Source: the human T2T-CHM13v2.0 reference genome, Homo sapiens
Direction: 5' to 3' (one strand)
DNA: 64,000 nucleotides
NCBI RefSeq assembly: GCF_009914755.1
Contig: NC_060930.1
The translations under genes were made by a program, and so were the position numbers. Under the pieces are notes generated by a model that worked only from the letters and a program-made list of their open reading frames with translations, made no database searches and was not told the DNA's origin. Shown one piece after another: positions 27,709 to 40,566 of the stretch; the first letter of the stretch is position 1; every line of letters starts with the position of its first letter.

Positions 27709-29244
27709 CATTGTATTATTCTTATGACTTTGCATCCTCATAGCTTAGCTCCCACTTATGAGTGAGAACATATGATGTTTGGTTTTCCATTCCTGAATTA
27801 CTTAACTTAGAATAATAGTCTCCAGTTCCATCCAGGTTGCTGTGAATGCCATTACCATTAATTAATTCCTTTTAATAGCTGAGTAGTATTCCATCATAAA
27901 TATGTATATTATATATATATATAATATATATCTCAATTCCATCATAAATATCTTTGCTGTTCTGCAGCCTCCGCTGGTGATATCCAGGCAAACAGGGTCT
28001 GGAGTGAACCTCCAGTCATTATATGAAAAAGATACTTGCACATGCATATTTATAGCAGCACAATTCAAAATTGCAAAAATGTGGAACCAGCCCAAATGCC
28101 CATCAATCAACGAGTGGGTAAAGAAATATATATATACACACATATATATTAGTGTGCAAGTATCTTTTTCATATAATGACTTCTTTTCCTCTGGGTAGAT
28201 ACCCAGTAATGGGATTGCTGGATCAAATGGTAGTTCTACCTTTAGTTCTTTAAGGACTTTCCATATTGTTTTCCATAGTGGTTGTACTAGTTTACATTCC
28301 CGCTAGCAGTGTAGAAGTGTTCCCTTTTCACTGCATCCATGGTAACATCTACTTTTTTTTTTTTTTTGACTATGGCCATTCTTGCAGGAGTAAACCTAAA
28401 ATTCATATAGAAGCCAAAAAGAGCCCATATAGCCAAAGACAGACTAAGCAAAAGAACAAATCTGGAGGCATCACATTACCTGACTTTAAACTATACTATA
28501 AGCTCATAGTTACCAATACTGCATGGTGCTATTATAAAAACAGGCACATAGAACAATGGAATAGAATAAAGAACCCAGAAATAAACCCAACTACTTACAG
28601 CCAACTGATCTTCAACATAGCAATCAAAAACATAAAGTGGGGAAAGGACACCCTATTCAACAAATGGTACTGGGATAACTGGCAAGCCACGTGCTGGAGA
28701 TTGAAACTGGATTCTCACCTCTCACCTTATACAAAAATCAACTCAAGATGGATCAAGGACTTCAACCTAAGACCTGAAACTATAAAAATTCTAGAAGATA
28801 ACATCGAAAACACTCTTCTAGACCTTGACTTAGGCAAAGACTTCATCACCATGAATCCACAACCAAATGCAACAGAAACAGAGATAAATAGGTGGGACTT
28901 AGTTAAACTAAAGAGCTTCTGCACAGCAAAAGGAACAGTCATCAGAGTAAACAGACAACCCACAGACTTGGAGAAAATCTTCACAATCTATACATCCAAC
29001 AAATGACTAATATCCAGAATCTACAAGGAACTCAAACAAATTAGCAAGAAAAAACAAACAACCTCACCTAAAAGTGGGCTAATGACATGAATAGATGATT
29101 CTCAATAGAAGATTTACAAATGGTCAGCAAACATATGAAACAATGCTCAACACCACTAAAGATCAGGGAAATGCAAATGAAAACCACAATGCAATACCAC
29201 CTTACTCCTGCAAGCATTAACTTTTTAAAAGTAACATTGAAACC

Positions 29245-31398
<2,154 letters not shown>

Positions 31399-31804
31399 AA
31401 CATTGAAACCTAGAGTGACCTCCCTAATCTTGTCAATTTTTTGCAGTGTTTAAAGCGTCACTGAAGATAGCTGAATTTTAAAAGGTATATTTTTCTGAAA
31501 ATCTGATTACGAAAACTAAATTCTATCAAAATTTATCCTCAGGGAGAACCTATGCCATAGATCGTGTATGAGAAACAGAACAAAACGAAAGCTAAAGGTA
31601 GAGACACAGCAAGAGCAAGCAAATCTTAGACTGCATTAAAGAAAATCATAAGGTGAAGAAACATTTTGATGCATTAAGCCTATAGAGCCACCCATGTGCA
31701 GCCATACCTTCTACTCTTATAGCTCAGAGTATATTAGCCCAAATAGTCCTTCTATTGTCAAGGTCATCTCTCCAGAAGAATTTGATGGATCAAGAGCTGT
31801 GAGC

Positions 31805-31838
31805 AGCATTTCCTTCTTCTTTAGGGCTAATTAGTATA

Positions 31839-31879
<41 letters not shown>

Positions 31880-33770
31880 CAAATTTTATCTATCTATTCA
31901 CCTGACGATGGACCTTAGGTAAGTTGCATATCTTGGCCATTGTGAATACTGCCACAATGAACATGGAAATGCAGATATTTCTTCAATATATTGATTTCAG
32001 TTCTTTTAAATATATACCCAGTAGTGGGATTGACGGATCATCTGGGAGTTCTATTCTTGTTTTTTTAAGGAAGCTCTATACTGTTTATCATGATGGCCAT
32101 ACTAATTTATCTGCCTACCAACAAAGTACAGGAGTTTTCTTTTCTCCTTATCCTCGCCTGCACTTATCTTTAATTTTTTTGATGAAAGTCATTATAACAG
32201 ATGTGAAGTGATATATCATTGTAGTTTTAATTTGCATTTCTCTAATGATTAGTAATGCTGAGCATTTTTTCATATACCTGTTGGCCATTTGTATGTCCTC
32301 TTTTGAGAAATGTCTCTTTAACTCCTTTGCCCATTTTTTAAATCAGATTATTTGTTTTCCTGCTATTGAATTGTTTAACTTCCTTATATACTTTGGATAT
32401 TAATCCTTTATAAGACATATAATTTGCAAATATTTTCTCTCATTCTGTGAGTTGTCGCTTCACTTTGTTTATTATTTATTTTGCTTTCTCATTGTGTGTT
32501 TTTGGTAACTTTGTCAAAATTTAATTAAATATGAACGTCTGGATTGATATTTGGACTTTCTATCCCATTGCACAGGTTGAAATGTCTGTTTTTATGACAG
32601 TACTATGTTGTTTTGATTACAATCGCTTTATAATATGTTTTGAAATCAGAAAGTGTGATGTCTTCAGCTTTGTCTTCTTTGCTTGTTTGTTTGTTTGTCT
32701 GTTTGTTTGTTTTTCAGGGAGAATTTTTTTTTCAAGATTGTTTTGACTATTCAAGGTCTTTTGTAATTCCACACAAATTTTAAGATTTTTTTTTCTAGTT
32801 CTGTGAAAAATTACATTGGTATTTTGATAAGGATGACATTGAATCTGTAGATGATTAGGGGTAGTACTGACAAAATTTATACCCACATATGTTTTGGGTA
32901 TACATTTAAAGGAACTGAAATCAATATGTTGAAGACATATGAATAATTAATTACAATATTAATTTTTAATGTCCATGAACATGAGGTATATTTTCATTTA
33001 TTTTTGTTTCTTTCAATTTCTTTCAGCAGTGTTTTATAGTTTTAAGTATACATGTCTTTTAACCAAAAGTTATTCCTAGGTATTTTTTGTTGCAGTTGAT
33101 ATTTTAAATGGTATTGTTTTCTTAATTTTCTTTTGGGATAATTCATTATTAGTATATAGAAATGCTACTGATATTTATGTGCCGACTGTATCCTGCAACT
33201 TTAATGAATTCTTTTATCAATTCTAACAATTTTTTGGTAAAGTCTTTAGAGTTTTCTATATGTAAGATTATGTCATCAGCAATGTATTAATTTGAAAGAC
33301 ATTATGCTAAGTCAAATAATCCAGGCACTGAAAGACAAATAGTCCATGATATCACTTATACATGGAATCAAAAAAGTGGAACTACAGAAGTAGGAAATAG
33401 AATGATAGTTACTGGGGTCTAGGGGTGTTGAGAAGGGAGGTCTGGGGAGTTTTTGATCAAAGGGAACATCGTTTTAGATAGACAGGATGAATAGGTTTTG
33501 AAATCTATTGGACAGCAGGGTGACTATAGACAATAATATATGTATGGTATATTTCAAAATAAAAGATGAAATCTCAAATCTTACCACAAAAATTGTAGGA
33601 AAGTAAGGTGATGAATATGTTAATTAGCTTGGTTTCATAATTCCACATTGTATACATACATTAAAACACCATACTGTACTCCATATATGTATAAAACTAT
33701 GATTTATTAATCAAAATGATATTAAATAATACCAACTTAAATTTTTAGATAAAATAAATTATAAAATAAA
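31805..33770 (+). mobile_element. L1MA-type element with long 5' inverted segment (minus about 31805-33283, plus 3' end about 33285-33770)
   Basis: Antisense ORF2 3' region followed by sense GACATTATGCTAAG..3' UTR. The two pieces are adjacent in L1 consensus order. Confidence 0.7.
31841..31876. repeat. (TG)18 microsatellite
   Basis: Direct read. Confidence 0.97.
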
Positions 33771-34825
33771 ACAATGTACAGTAGGTAAAACAGCAGGAGA
33801 CCATAGCATCTCCCAAGAGTAGGCTGGAATGTACTTTGTCATTTATCAATTTTTCCCCATAATGATACTGTTTAAAATAAAACAGCTCAATACCCACCTT
33901 AAGTCATCATAACCCAACATAAGTGTGTTCTCATAATATATGTTGGAATCAGCCCAGAATTTAGAGTCAGACAAATCTGGGTTTAACTCCTTCCTACAAT
34001 TTCTGAGACATTTTAAAAAATTGCCTATGCACATTTGAGAAAGTTACTTAGGCTTTATTAGACTCATTTCTTCACTGTAAAATTGAAATGAGCTTCATGC
34101 AGTTGATGCAAAAATGTAATTGAGATCATAACTCATAGGAATTGTACACTTCTTCTATTATGAAGCACATTCAGACAACAGACTGATGAAGTCCATCAAT
34201 GGAAGTCCATAAATGGGCATAGGCATCTGCACTCAGGGTTATTTTAGGGTGCTGTATAATATTTGTGAAATATTTGAAATATTGCATTATGGAAAATAGA
34301 ATATATGAGAAAGAGTTATTACAAAATCAAAGTTTACCATCCATATTGATTTGAACATTATCCCAGTAATCACAAGATCAATAAATTGATCTCAAGTTAG
34401 ACTAGTTAGATATTTTATGTTTCATGTTACAAATGTCACCTTGTCTAATTATGGCTGGAGTCTTGAAGAGACGTTAGGGTTTGATCAGTTTAAACTTCTT
34501 GAAAAGAAATATTCCACAGTTGTGTCTTGCCATGGTGAAAATAGAAAGCAAAGCACTATATTCCTTTTTTCACATATGATGAAGTGATGCTTTCCAGAAA
34601 GATACTTTAAACCAATTGAAAAAAAGATAGAATTCTTCATGGGAACATATGAAAGTACAGATCTGTTTAAAAAATTATTTTAAAAATAAATCAGATCTCA
34701 TCAAAAGTGTTTTAAAACTTACATAGTCACTGAAAGTTCCCCCTTCATCCTATATGCTCTTTCTTTAGAAATAACCACCATTCCGAAGTTGATGTATATC
34801 ATTGGAGTTTTGCTTTTATTGCATA

Positions 34826-35241
34826 TGTATCTTCCTTAATTTTCTATTGCTATAACATAATACCTGAGACTAAGTAATTTATAAAGCAAATAAGTTTATT
34901 TGGCTCATGATTCTGGAGGATGGGAAGTGCAAAATCAGGTGGCTCTATCTGGGCGGCTTCCAGCAAGGGACTGGTGCTGCATCATAACATGGCAGAGAAG
35001 CAGAAGGGGAAGAGGGCTTGGGCAAAGAGACCAACCATGAGAAGCAGCCTTGCTTTATAACCACCTGATTTCTAGAGAAATAATTCAGTCTTTTGAGGAC
35101 TAACTCAGTCTCTCAAGAAAGATATTAATGCATCTTAATGACTAATCACTTCTTAAAGGCACCAACTTTCAACACTGCCACATTGAGGACCAAACCCCCA
35201 TATAAGATTTGGTGGTTACAAACCATATTCAAACTATAGCA
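34826..35241 (-). mobile_element. MST-type (MSTC/D-like) solo LTR
   Basis: TTGCTATAACA..TACCTGAGACT..GGCTCATGATTCTGGAGG..AAACCATATTCAAACTATAGCA. Confidence 0.8.
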
Positions 35242-35478
35242 ATATATATGAGTAATATTATTTAGTGTTGGATACAAAATTATTCTGTTTCTTTTTGCAA
35301 CTTTTTCACTAATCATTATATTGCTGAGGTTTTTAAAAAATTAACTCTGTATAACATGATATTGTATGACAAAAATTCCAGCTTATTTACATATTTTCCT
35401 ATTTTTCACAATTACAAACAGACTTGCAATGAACATCCTGGTACACAAGTTAGTGTGTCCCTTTAGCACATACCAGAC

Positions 35479-35907
35479 TTTTTCATCTATGTTCTGTTGC
35501 TTAAAACAGAATAGCTGGATTTGGTAATATGTAAAGATAGGAATTTATTTATTGTAATTATGGTTGCTGAGAAGTCCAAATTCCGGGGACCACATCTGGT
35601 GAGAGCTTTCTTGTTGGTGGGGACTCAGCACATTTCTGAGACAACATGTGGCATCACAAGGTGAGGGGGCTGAGCGTGGTAGTGTGCTAGTTCAGAACTC
35701 TTACTCTTAAAAAGTCACCAGTTCCCCTCTCCCAAAACTCAGTAATCCTTTAATGCATTAATCCTAATCCATGAATAGATTAATTCATCCATGAGGGCCC
35801 TGCCCTCATGATCCAATCACATTTAAAGGCCTACCCCTCAATACTACTACATTGGGAATGAAACTTCAACATGAATTTTAAAGGGGACAGATAACTAAAT
35901 AGTAGCA
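35479..35907 (-). mobile_element. MSTD-like solo LTR
   Basis: CACATCTGGTGAGAGC..GCCCTCATGATCCAATCAC..CAACATGAATTTT, perfect 5-bp TSD CAGAC (35474-35478 / 35908-35912). Confidence 0.8.
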
Positions 35908-36164
35908 CAGACTAACTCTTGAACAACAAACAAGATAAGGAATTTCTGGGTATTGTGTATGCCCATCTTCAACTTTACTGGCACCTGCAAAAATCCCTCT
36001 CCAAAATGGTTATATCAATGTATACACTCATTCCAAATAGATTAGCCCCCTGTTATTCCATATTCTCCCCAATGACTGGTAACAGAAGACTTTATTTTCC
36101 ACATTTTGATGTGCAGGAAGTGCTATAGCAGTGTTATTTTATTCATATCAGTAAGAATATATAT

Positions 36165-37370
36165 GTATATCATAAAATTTACCATTTTGACCCTTTTTCT
36201 TTATATAGAATAATTTAGTTGCATTAAGTATATTCACAACGTCGTGCAACCATAATTACTATCCATATTCAGAACACTTTAGCTTCCCAAAATAAAACTC
36301 TATAATCATTAAACAATATCTCTCCATTCCCCTCTTCCCTCCAGCTATTACTTCCTGTCTCTGTGAATCTGTCTACTCTAGATCCTCATATAAGTGTAAT
36401 AATACAGTACAATAATACTTGTTCTTTTGTATCTAGCCTTATTTCACTTAGCACAATGTTTCCAAAGTTCATCCACATGGTGACATATGTCAGGATTTTA
36501 TTTCTTTTTAAGATTGAATACAGTTGACTCCTGAACAACACAGATTTTAACTGCATGAATCCACTTACATTCAAAATTTCTTCTGCCCCTGCCATCCCTG
36601 AGACAAGAAGACCAATCTCATCTTCTTCTTCTTCCTCCTATGATTTTCTTAATAATATTTTTAAGCATACTTTATCGTAAGATTACAGTATATAATATAT
36701 ATTACATACAAAATATATGCTAAATGACTTTATGTTATTGGTAAGGCTTCTGGTCAACAGTAGTCTATTAGTAGTTACGTTTTGAGGAAGCAAAAAGCTA
36801 TGCTCAGATTTTCAACTGTGCAGAAGAATAGGACCTCCAAACCCCTGTGTTGTTCATGGGTCAACTGTACATTCTATTACATGTATATATCACATTTTGT
36901 GTATCCGTTTGTCAGACAATGGACATTTGGGTTGTTTCCATTTTGGGCAATGTTGCTATGAACATTGACATTAAATATCTGTTTGAATCTCTGGTTGCAC
37001 TTCTTCTTTTGGTTATATACAGAGAAGTGGAATTGCTGGATCATAGTCATGCTATGTTTAATTACTTTAGGAACTGCCATACGGTTTCTGAAAGTGGCTG
37101 TACAATTTTATACTTCCACCAACAATGCACAAGGGTTGCAATTTCTCCACATCCTCATCAATACTTGCTATTTGGTTTTTGTCTTATAACAGCCATCCTA
37201 ATGTGTGCAAAGTGGTATCTTATTATGGTTTTGATTTGCATTTCCCTAATAATTAGTGATGTTGAGCATGTTTCCATATTCTTCTTGATCATCTGTATAT
37301 CTTCTTTGAAGAAATATCTGTTCAAATTATTTGACTACTTTTATATTAGGTTTTGTTGTTGTTGTATTAA
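36165..37370 (-). mobile_element. L1MB-type 3' end (antisense), interrupted by Tigger2a
   Basis: CATAAAATTTACCATTTT..GCATTAAGTATATTCACA..CTTATTTCACTTAGCACAATG..GAATTGCTGGATCATA. Confidence 0.78.
36521..36867. mobile_element. Tigger2a/MER8-family non-autonomous DNA transposon
   Basis: TIRs CAGTTGACTCCTGAACAACAC / GTGTTGTTCATGGGTCAACTG with TA duplications on both sides. Confidence 0.85.
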
Positions 37371-38472
37371 AGTAAAGGTTGTTTTAATGTATTTACTGGC
37401 TGAGGTTGAAAAGTCTTTCTATGTATTCATTAGACATTCAGGTGTTTTCTACTATTAATTTTTTGCTTATACTTTTAGACAACTTTTCAATTGGATTTTT
37501 CATCTACTCATCTGTGCATTTCATATATTATAAATTTAAATTTACAGGTCTTTTTCCAATCCATGGATTAATTTTTTATTCCTTATTACATTCCTGTCCT
37601 ACAGAAATTTTGAATTTTAATGTAATCAAGTTTATCGATATATTTTGTACAGTTAGTGTTTTAGACATCTCATATAACAAATCCTTCCATAATCTAGTAT
37701 CATACTGATGATTTCCTATTTATTTCTAAAAAACTTACAACTTTCAAATTAAGTATCTAATTATTTACAATTTTTTCATACAATTTATGAATTATATTTC
37801 CAATTATATTTGTTTCCATATGAACAAAATATCTTTTTTCAAAACAGCATTTACTTCCAGCATTTTTTTGTAAATATGTTTATAGAATTTTAAATTTGCT
37901 TTGTACAGTTTTGTATACTAAACTACTAAATACATATGAGTCTATTCTTTATCTATTTAATTCCATTGTTTAATTGCTAATCAATGTGCAATTATAATAC
38001 CAATAAAATGACTATTGTTTTTTGGTAAGTCTTGATACTTAACATGGTAAATCATTAATCATTATATTTTTTCAATATTGCTTTGATATTTCATGGCCTT
38101 TGCCCTACCACATACATTTTGGAGACTGCATTTCAATTTCTTTTAAAAATCTTATTGAATTTTTGTTATTATTACATTGAACTTACAAATTATTTTGAGA
38201 GAGAACAGCCATTTTCTATCATCAAACCATCCTACCTTTAGACATATTACATCCCTATTTAGCTAGATTTTCTTTTTAATTTTTAGGCCTTTTTTATTTT
38301 TTAGGACTAAGTTTCACTGGGATATATGAAAAGTAGTACTATTAGACTGTCAAGAAATGAATGACTCCAATAAAAGATACAATGAAAGGTGGTTAATTAT
38401 ATAGAAACAAATAAAATTAGAATTTTGCCTCCCGAAAGATGTACACAGTTTTACGAAAATTATTTCTAGATA

Positions 38473-38770
38473 GGCTGGGTGCGGTGGCTCATGCCTGTAA
38501 TCCCAGCACTTTGGGAGGCCGAGGCCGGCTGATCACAAGGTCAAGAGATTGAGACCATCCTGGCCAACATGGCGAAACCCCATCTCTACTAAAAAATACA
38601 AAAATTAGCTGGGCATGGTGGCACCTGTAGTCCCAGTTACTTGGGAGGCTGAGGCAGGAGAATCGCTTGAACCTGGGAAGTGGAGGGTTCAGTGAGCCGA
38701 GATTGTGCCATTGCACTCCAGCCTAGTGACAGAGTGAGACTCCATATCAAAAAAAAAAACAAAAAAAAAC
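38473..38770 (+). mobile_element. AluSc-like SINE
   Basis: GATCACAAGGTCAAGAGATTGAGACCATCC diagnostic, poly(A). Confidence 0.93.
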
Positions 38771-39445
38771 CTAGACAGTATGTTTGCTATTATTAATTTT
38801 TTCTTTTAAAAAACTTTATATTCTAACAAGGTAGTCCTAATTTAAGAAATACAATTTATTGCTAAGTATGGGTCTTTTGTCCTTCAAACTTTTTGAATTT
38901 CTTAATTAGGTAGTAAAGTGTGGCAGTATAACTTCTTCAATTATTTACCTAAGAGTTTTTCTTTTTTAGTTTTTCTTATTTTATCTATTTCTCTTGATTT
39001 ATTTCACTATCCCCAGGGAAATGTTAATCAAAGTGACATTATTAAGAATTTTTTGTTACAAAATGAAATGAATTGTTTCTAGCATTTCATTGATTATGAT
39101 ATTGAATGAGATATAGATAACACAGAGACGGAGAGAGGGCAGGAAGAGAGAATCACTGCAATAAAATTGATCATCTGATTATTTTCTTTTAATGTGAAGA
39201 TTTATACTAATAAATTTTCTGTTGCTTACAAGTTAGCTTAGTCTTACTAAAATTTTTTTAAATATTCCAGAATTTTTTGTAAATAAGTATGTAGAATTTT
39301 GAATTATATCCAGATGATATTACTCTGTAATTTTCTTTTTATGGTTTGATCACTTGTAGTTTCAAAGTCATATTACACTCAGTAAATGAATTGTAAATCT
39401 ATGGCTTTATCTATTAGCTAGAGAGTTTGCAAAAGTTAACACTAT

Positions 39446-40566
39446 CATATTAGTTAGTTCTCACATTGCTATAGAGAACTGCATGAAACTGGGTAATTTA
39501 TTTAAAAAGAGGTTTAATTGGCTCATGGTTCTTCAGGATGTACCAGAAGCATGGCTGAGGAGGCCTCAGGAAACTTACAATCATGGTTGAAGTCAAAGGG
39601 AAATCTGGCACGTCCTACATGGCTGGAGCAGGAGGAAGAGAGAGAATGAAGAGGAAGGTGCTACATACTTTCAAACAACCAGATCTTGTGAGAACTCTCT
39701 CAGGAGGCAGCACTAAGGGGATGGTGCTAAACCTTCAGAAATCATCCCCATGATTCAATTACCTCTACCAGGCCCCACCTCCAACACTGGGGATCACAAT
39801 TCAACATGAGATTTGGTTGTAGTGGGACCAGAATTACTTACCTAACATTCCCTCCGTCCTCCGGCTTATTTTTCCCCCATCCTGCTGGGGGTTAAAAGGT
39901 TGAGCCTTGTGTTTGTCAGACACTGGTGTCCCTCCTGTGAGGATGCAGCCAGGAGCTGAGGTGTAAACCTACAAACCCAGGACTCCCGACCCCAGTTGCC
40001 ACTGCCAGCCTCAGAGAAAGGCATCCAGGTATGCAGGGGAGTGTGCAGAGCCCAGCGGCCCCTAGGAATCAAGGATAAGGCTAAGGTTTTCACCTTGACT
40101 GTGATGGCAGGAGGAATAGGTGACTGCCTCCTCCCTCCCTACACAGGACTGATTCTCACTCACTGTCCCTTCAGTCCAGGGCACCGGGGATCAGGAGCCC
40201 TGACCTGGGGTCTCCTGACCACCCTGATCCCAAGTAAATGGGAATGGAGGCAGGCAAGAGAGCCTGTCCTCCTCTTTGATTTCCCCGAACCCCACCCATG
40301 GCCTCACGATGGTGCTACCTAAGAAAGTCTTCCCCCCATTCCCCGCTAGTGTGGTCAGTGGTCAGCAAATCAGAAAGGATCCAACAGGGGTGTAAATGTG
40401 AGATTGTCTTGATTGTACCTGTTTGTGATTTAGCTTTGTATTTAAACAAACAAGGAAATAAACTTGAAAATTATTTATCAACATAAAAATGAAACAAAAA
40501 TTAAAATATTTATTGCCAGAAAAAAAAAAAGAGATTTGTATGGGGACACAGAGCCAAACCATAACA
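39446..40566 (-). mobile_element. MSTA/B solo LTR split by a retrocopy insertion
   Basis: The MST body at 39446-39819 resumes at 40531 (GAGATTTG.TGGGGACACAGAGCCAAACCATAACA). Confidence 0.88.
39820..40530 (+). pseudogene. 5'-truncated processed retrocopy of an unidentified mRNA 3' UTR
   Basis: About 700 bp of non-repeat GC-richer sequence with AATAAA and ATTAAA signals, then A11. Flanked by direct repeats GAGATTTG (39808-39815, 40531-40538) that duplicate the host LTR sequence. Confidence 0.82.

Larger units (their letters stand above)
25621..29214 (-). mobile_element. L1PB1-like element with twin-priming 5' inversion (3' part minus 25621-28393, inverted part plus 28394-29214), interrupted by an L1PA7
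   Basis: L1PB1 3' UTR in antisense. TSD CATTAACTTTTT at 25609-25620 and 29215-29226. 13-bp inversion overlap CTTGCAGGAGTAA (28381-28393) / TTACTCCTGCAAG (29202-29214). ORF2 remnant 28266-29006. Confidence 0.9.

Noticed and set aside
39996-40322. 108-aa ORF in the retrocopy
   Set aside because: Non-ATG start, no recognisable protein, and its position just upstream of poly(A) signals indicates 3' UTR.
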